NCBI GenBank assembly: GCA_963667785.2
Contig: CAXXMU010000001.1
Span: 1,101,770 to 1,165,769 of the forward strand
Reading direction: 5' to 3'
Origin: Alphaproteobacteria bacterium
Lineage (GTDB): Bacteria; Pseudomonadota; Alphaproteobacteria; UBA828
Length of the DNA stretch: 64,000 nt
Of this stretch, positions 60,297 to 64,000 are shown piece after piece. Position 1 is the first letter of the stretch. Every line of letters begins with the position of its first letter. The translations under genes were made by a program, and so were the position numbers. The notes beneath the pieces were generated by a model. The model was not told the origin of the DNA. It saw only the letters and a list, made by a program, of their open reading frames with translations, and did no database searches.

Positions 60297-61061
60297 TCAG
60301 GTCGCCGGCGAGGGGCCGCTCGTCTGCCCGCCCGCACAGCCGGGGCCGCCCAATCTGCGGTAGGCGACCGACACTACGGCCACCGGAATGCCCACGGTCA
60401 GGAAGGCGAGCGCGTTGAAGAACGACACCATGGCGCCTGGGCCGAAACTGGCGAGCACCAGGGTGCCGAAGATGCCGCCGAACAGGAACAGCAGCACGGT
60501 GATCGCCACGAAGGAGAGCAGGATCGCGCCGCCGAGCTGAAGCGTGGCACCGCGCAGCGCCCTGCGGGCGGCGATGAGCCCCCGGTAGTGGTCGATCGCG
60601 GTCGCCGGAAAGGCCAGCGCGAAGGGCGTCGCGACGAACAGCGTGATGAGCAGCAGCAGCAGGACCACGAACATGTTCTGCGCCTGCATCGCGATCAGGA
60701 TGATCTCCTGCGGCACCAGGAAGAGGATGAGCCGTCCGAAATACTTGAGATCGCGCATGCCGGGCCAGAACTGGATCGCGATGCCCGTGTCGCGCCTGCC
60801 GAGCAGAAGGTATCGATGCCAGGCGACGGCGAAGACCGACAGCAGGAAGAGCCGGGCGATGGCGTGGATCATGAGAAGCTCGGGCGAGGTCAAGTCCTGC
60901 ACGTCGAGCCGCATCACCGCCGGCAGCAGCACCGCCAGCGCCATGGGTGCGAGCGCGAGCCCGAGCATGGTGCGGAAGTTGCGGAAGGTCAGGCGGAAGG
61001 CCTCGCCGACCGTGCCGTACACGTCGAGCTTCGGCGGGGAGGGTGCGCCTTGGCCGTACAT
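60297..61061 (-). CDS. Hypothetical multi-pass membrane protein
   Basis: About six hydrophobic segments, AVAWHRYLLLG; directly follows the permease stop. Confidence 0.7.
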   Translation of the reverse strand: MYGQGAPSPPKLDVYGTVGEAFRLTFRNFRTMLGLALAPMALAVLLPAVMRLDVQDLTSPELLMIHAIARLFLLSVFAVAWHRYLLLGRRDTGIAIQFWPGMRDLKYFGRLILFLVPQEIILIAMQAQNMFVVLLLLLITLFVATPFALAFPATAIDHYRGLIAARRALRGATLQLGGAILLSFVAITVLLFLFGGIFGTLVLASFGPGAMVSFFNALAFLTVGIPVAVVSVAYRRLGGPGCAGGQTSGPSPAT

Positions 61062-63587
61062 CTATTCCACTCGCAGCAGCGGCGCCGCCTTGCGGCCCAG
61101 CGCGCGCCATGTGCTCGCGAATCCGAGGATCAATGTCATGGTTATACAGGCTGCGGCGGTGACTGCCACGTAGTCGGGCAGGAAGCGCCAGTCGAGGTCC
61201 AGCACCTGGGTCACGAAGCCCCAGGCGGCGAGGGTCCCGATGCCGATGGCGAGCCCCGCGATCGCGCAGCCGAGCAGCACATGCTCGGCCAGGAAGGCGC
61301 GCAGCAGGTCGCTCCGCCTGGCGCCGAGCACCTTGAACACGACGGCCTCGTGGACCCGCCGCTCGTGGCCGGCGGCAGTGGCGCCGGCCAGCACCAGAAG
61401 GCCCGCCGCCACGGTCAGCCCCGCGACCGCCTGGATCGCCACGCCGATGCGCCCCATGATCTCGTCCAGCGCTTCGATGATCGCGCGCACGGGCACTGCC
61501 GTGATGTTGGCGAAGCGCTCGGTCACGGCACGCTCCAGCACCGGTTCCGCTTCCGGCGTCGCGTGAGCCGTCGCCAGATGCGTCTGCGGCGCTCCTTCGA
61601 GGACTCCGGGCGAGAATATCACGACGAAGTTGATATCGAACGCCGTCCAGTCGACGCGGCGCAGGCTCGCCACTTCGGCCTCGAACACCCGCCCGAGAAC
61701 GTTGATCGCGAGACTGTCGCCGATGCCGATGCCGAGATCGCGCGCCACGTCGTCCACCAGCGAGACCAGCGGCGGCCCGTCATGGTCGGCGTTCCACCAG
61801 TGGCCGGCGACGATCTCCGCGCGGGGCGGCGCGGTCGCCGCGTAGGTGAGGCCGATATCGCTCTGCACCACCCATTCCGAGCCCGGAGCCACCTGCGCCT
61901 CCCGCACCGGCACGCCGGCGATGCGCACGATGCGCCCGCGCAGCATCGGCACGTGGCGGTCCTTCTCGACGCCCTCGGTCTCCTCGACCAGCCGCTCGAA
62001 CGGTTCGATCTGGTGCCGCTGGATATCCAGGAAGAAGAAGGCCGGCCGCTTGTCGTCGCGCACCTCGCTGATCTGGGCGCCGAGATTGCCCTGCACCAGC
62101 GCGATCGCCACCAGCACCGCAAGCCCGGTGCCGAGCGACATCGCGACCGGGACCGTAGGCGCCCCCGGCCGGGCCAGATTGGCGAAGCCGAGCCTCAGCG
62201 CCGGCAGCCGCCGCGGGCGCATCCTGCGCGCCGCCACGACGACGAGCGCGGCCGCCCCCCTGAAGATCGCCAGCGCCGCCGGTGCGCCGAGAACGAAGCC
62301 GAGGGCGATGCCGAGGCGGGGCGCGGTGGCGACGACGATTCCCGCCAGCGCGAGCGCCGCGAGCACCGTGCCGGCCACCGCCGGCACGGGCGGCCAGCCG
62401 GTGGCGGGCGTGGCCGCCCCGCGAAACAGCACGCCGGGCCGCGTCCGCGCGGCGCGGCCGAGGGGCCAGAGCGAGAAGGCGAGCATGGTGAGCGCGCCAT
62501 ACGCCGCAGCGAGACCGAGCGGCGCGCCGTGGATCACGCCTGCGAGCGGCACCGGCAGCGCGTCGCCGAGCAGCGCGGCCAGCACGGGCGGCGTCGCGGC
62601 GCCGAGGATCAGACCCGCCGCAATGGCGGCACATCCGAGGACGCCGATCTGCATCAGGAAGGCGTGCTGCACGGTGGCGCGCGTGGCGCCGACGCACTTG
62701 AGCGCGGCGATCGTGTGCAGCTTGCCGTGCAGGTGGCTGGAGACCGCGCTGGCCACGCCGATTCCGCCGACCAGGAGGGCGGCGAGGCCCGCAAGCGTGA
62801 GGAACAGGCCCACGCGGTCGAGCTGGCGCCTGAGCGACGGGTTGGCGTCGCGCGTGTCGCGCAGTCGCCAGCCGCTATCGGGGAACGCGGCCTCCAGCCC
62901 CGCCGTCCAGTCCGCGAGCCCGGTGCCGTCCGGCACGAGCACGCGATAGCGGTGCCGCACCAGGGCGCCCGGCCGCATCAGGCCGGCCGCCTCCAGCGAC
63001 GCGCGATCGATCATCAGCCGGGGACCCAGGGCAAAGCCGGCGGTGAGCCTGTCGGGCTCGCGCGCGAGCACGGCACGCACCGTGAGGGCTGCCGCGCCGA
63101 CCCGGAGGCTCTCGCCGACCTCGATCCCGAGCCGGTCGAGCAGGCCCCTGTCCGCGACGGCGCCGCCGTCCCTGAGCGCGGCCTCCAGCGTGAGGCCGCC
63201 CTCCAGCAGCACGCTTGCAACCAGCGGATAGGCGCCGTCCACCGCCTTGATCTCCACCAGCGAGCGGCGCGCGCGGTCCTGCGTATGCGCCATCCCGCGC
63301 ATGGTGACGACGTGGGAGAGCGCCGTGCCGTTCGCTTCGAGATAGCGGGTCACGTCGTCCGCGAGCGGCTGCGAGAACTGCACCAGCTCGAGGTCGCCGC
63401 CGAGAATCATCCGTGCGTCGCGCGCGAGCCCCGCCTTGAGCGCCTCGCCCAGCGAGCCGACCGCGGCGGTGATCGCGACCCCCAGCACCAGGCAGCCGAG
63501 GAAGACACGGAAGCCGCGCACGCCGCTCCGGAGCTCGCGACGGGCGATGCGCCAGGCCGCCGGCAGTTGGTGGGGAGACGCTCTCAG
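61062..63587 (-). CDS. ABC transporter permease, FtsX-like/YbbP family
   Basis: AWRIARRELRSG, LGGDL, VGGIGVAS, FFFLDIQ; conserved N-terminus extends upstream of GTG 63521, so CTG 63587 tentatively used as start. Confidence 0.88.
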   Translation of the reverse strand: MRASPHQLPAAWRIARRELRSGVRGFRVFLGCLVLGVAITAAVGSLGEALKAGLARDARMILGGDLELVQFSQPLADDVTRYLEANGTALSHVVTMRGMAHTQDRARRSLVEIKAVDGAYPLVASVLLEGGLTLEAALRDGGAVADRGLLDRLGIEVGESLRVGAAALTVRAVLAREPDRLTAGFALGPRLMIDRASLEAAGLMRPGALVRHRYRVLVPDGTGLADWTAGLEAAFPDSGWRLRDTRDANPSLRRQLDRVGLFLTLAGLAALLVGGIGVASAVSSHLHGKLHTIAALKCVGATRATVQHAFLMQIGVLGCAAIAAGLILGAATPPVLAALLGDALPVPLAGVIHGAPLGLAAAYGALTMLAFSLWPLGRAARTRPGVLFRGAATPATGWPPVPAVAGTVLAALALAGIVVATAPRLGIALGFVLGAPAALAIFRGAAALVVVAARRMRPRRLPALRLGFANLARPGAPTVPVAMSLGTGLAVLVAIALVQGNLGAQISEVRDDKRPAFFFLDIQRHQIEPFERLVEETEGVEKDRHVPMLRGRIVRIAGVPVREAQVAPGSEWVVQSDIGLTYAATAPPRAEIVAGHWWNADHDGPPLVSLVDDVARDLGIGIGDSLAINVLGRVFEAEVASLRRVDWTAFDINFVVIFSPGVLEGAPQTHLATAHATPEAEPVLERAVTERFANITAVPVRAIIEALDEIMGRIGVAIQAVAGLTVAAGLLVLAGATAAGHERRVHEAVVFKVLGARRSDLLRAFLAEHVLLGCAIAGLAIGIGTLAAWGFVTQVLDLDWRFLPDYVAVTAAACITMTLILGFASTWRALGRKAAPLLRVE

Positions 63588-63591
63588 GGGA

Positions 63592-64000
<409 letters not shown>

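Overview
High-GC bacterial DNA, most likely alphaproteobacterial (petABC, short NADP-Icd, Alpha-type REP-like palindrome, LOG/LysM neighbourhood), with about 50 densely packed CDS. I saw no rRNA, tRNA, CRISPR array or intact transposase. Housekeeping blocks (fadD-thiolase-FadN beta-oxidation, petABC, fhs, icd, FNR-korAB, YccA, YbbAP-like ABC) alternate with accessory catabolic blocks. The most striking feature is three separate ATP-dependent hydantoinase/oxoprolinase A+B pairs within about 25 kb. Two of them sit in a divergent LysR-centred locus (29.7-48.4 kb). That locus also holds a creatinase homologue, a second atypical M24 enzyme, a cytosine-deaminase-like enzyme with Tyr at the catalytic Glu position, a BMP-type ABC importer and a lone DUF1989 protein. 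It looks like an uncharacterised pathway for a cyclic amidine/guanidino or modified-nucleobase compound. Other points are an AbrB antitoxin followed by a decayed PIN-toxin stub, an orphan iolD, a probable gene remnant beside the LysR, and frame disruptions in korA and a HAD gene that may be assembly errors. All product calls rest on motif recognition by eye; no database search was run.
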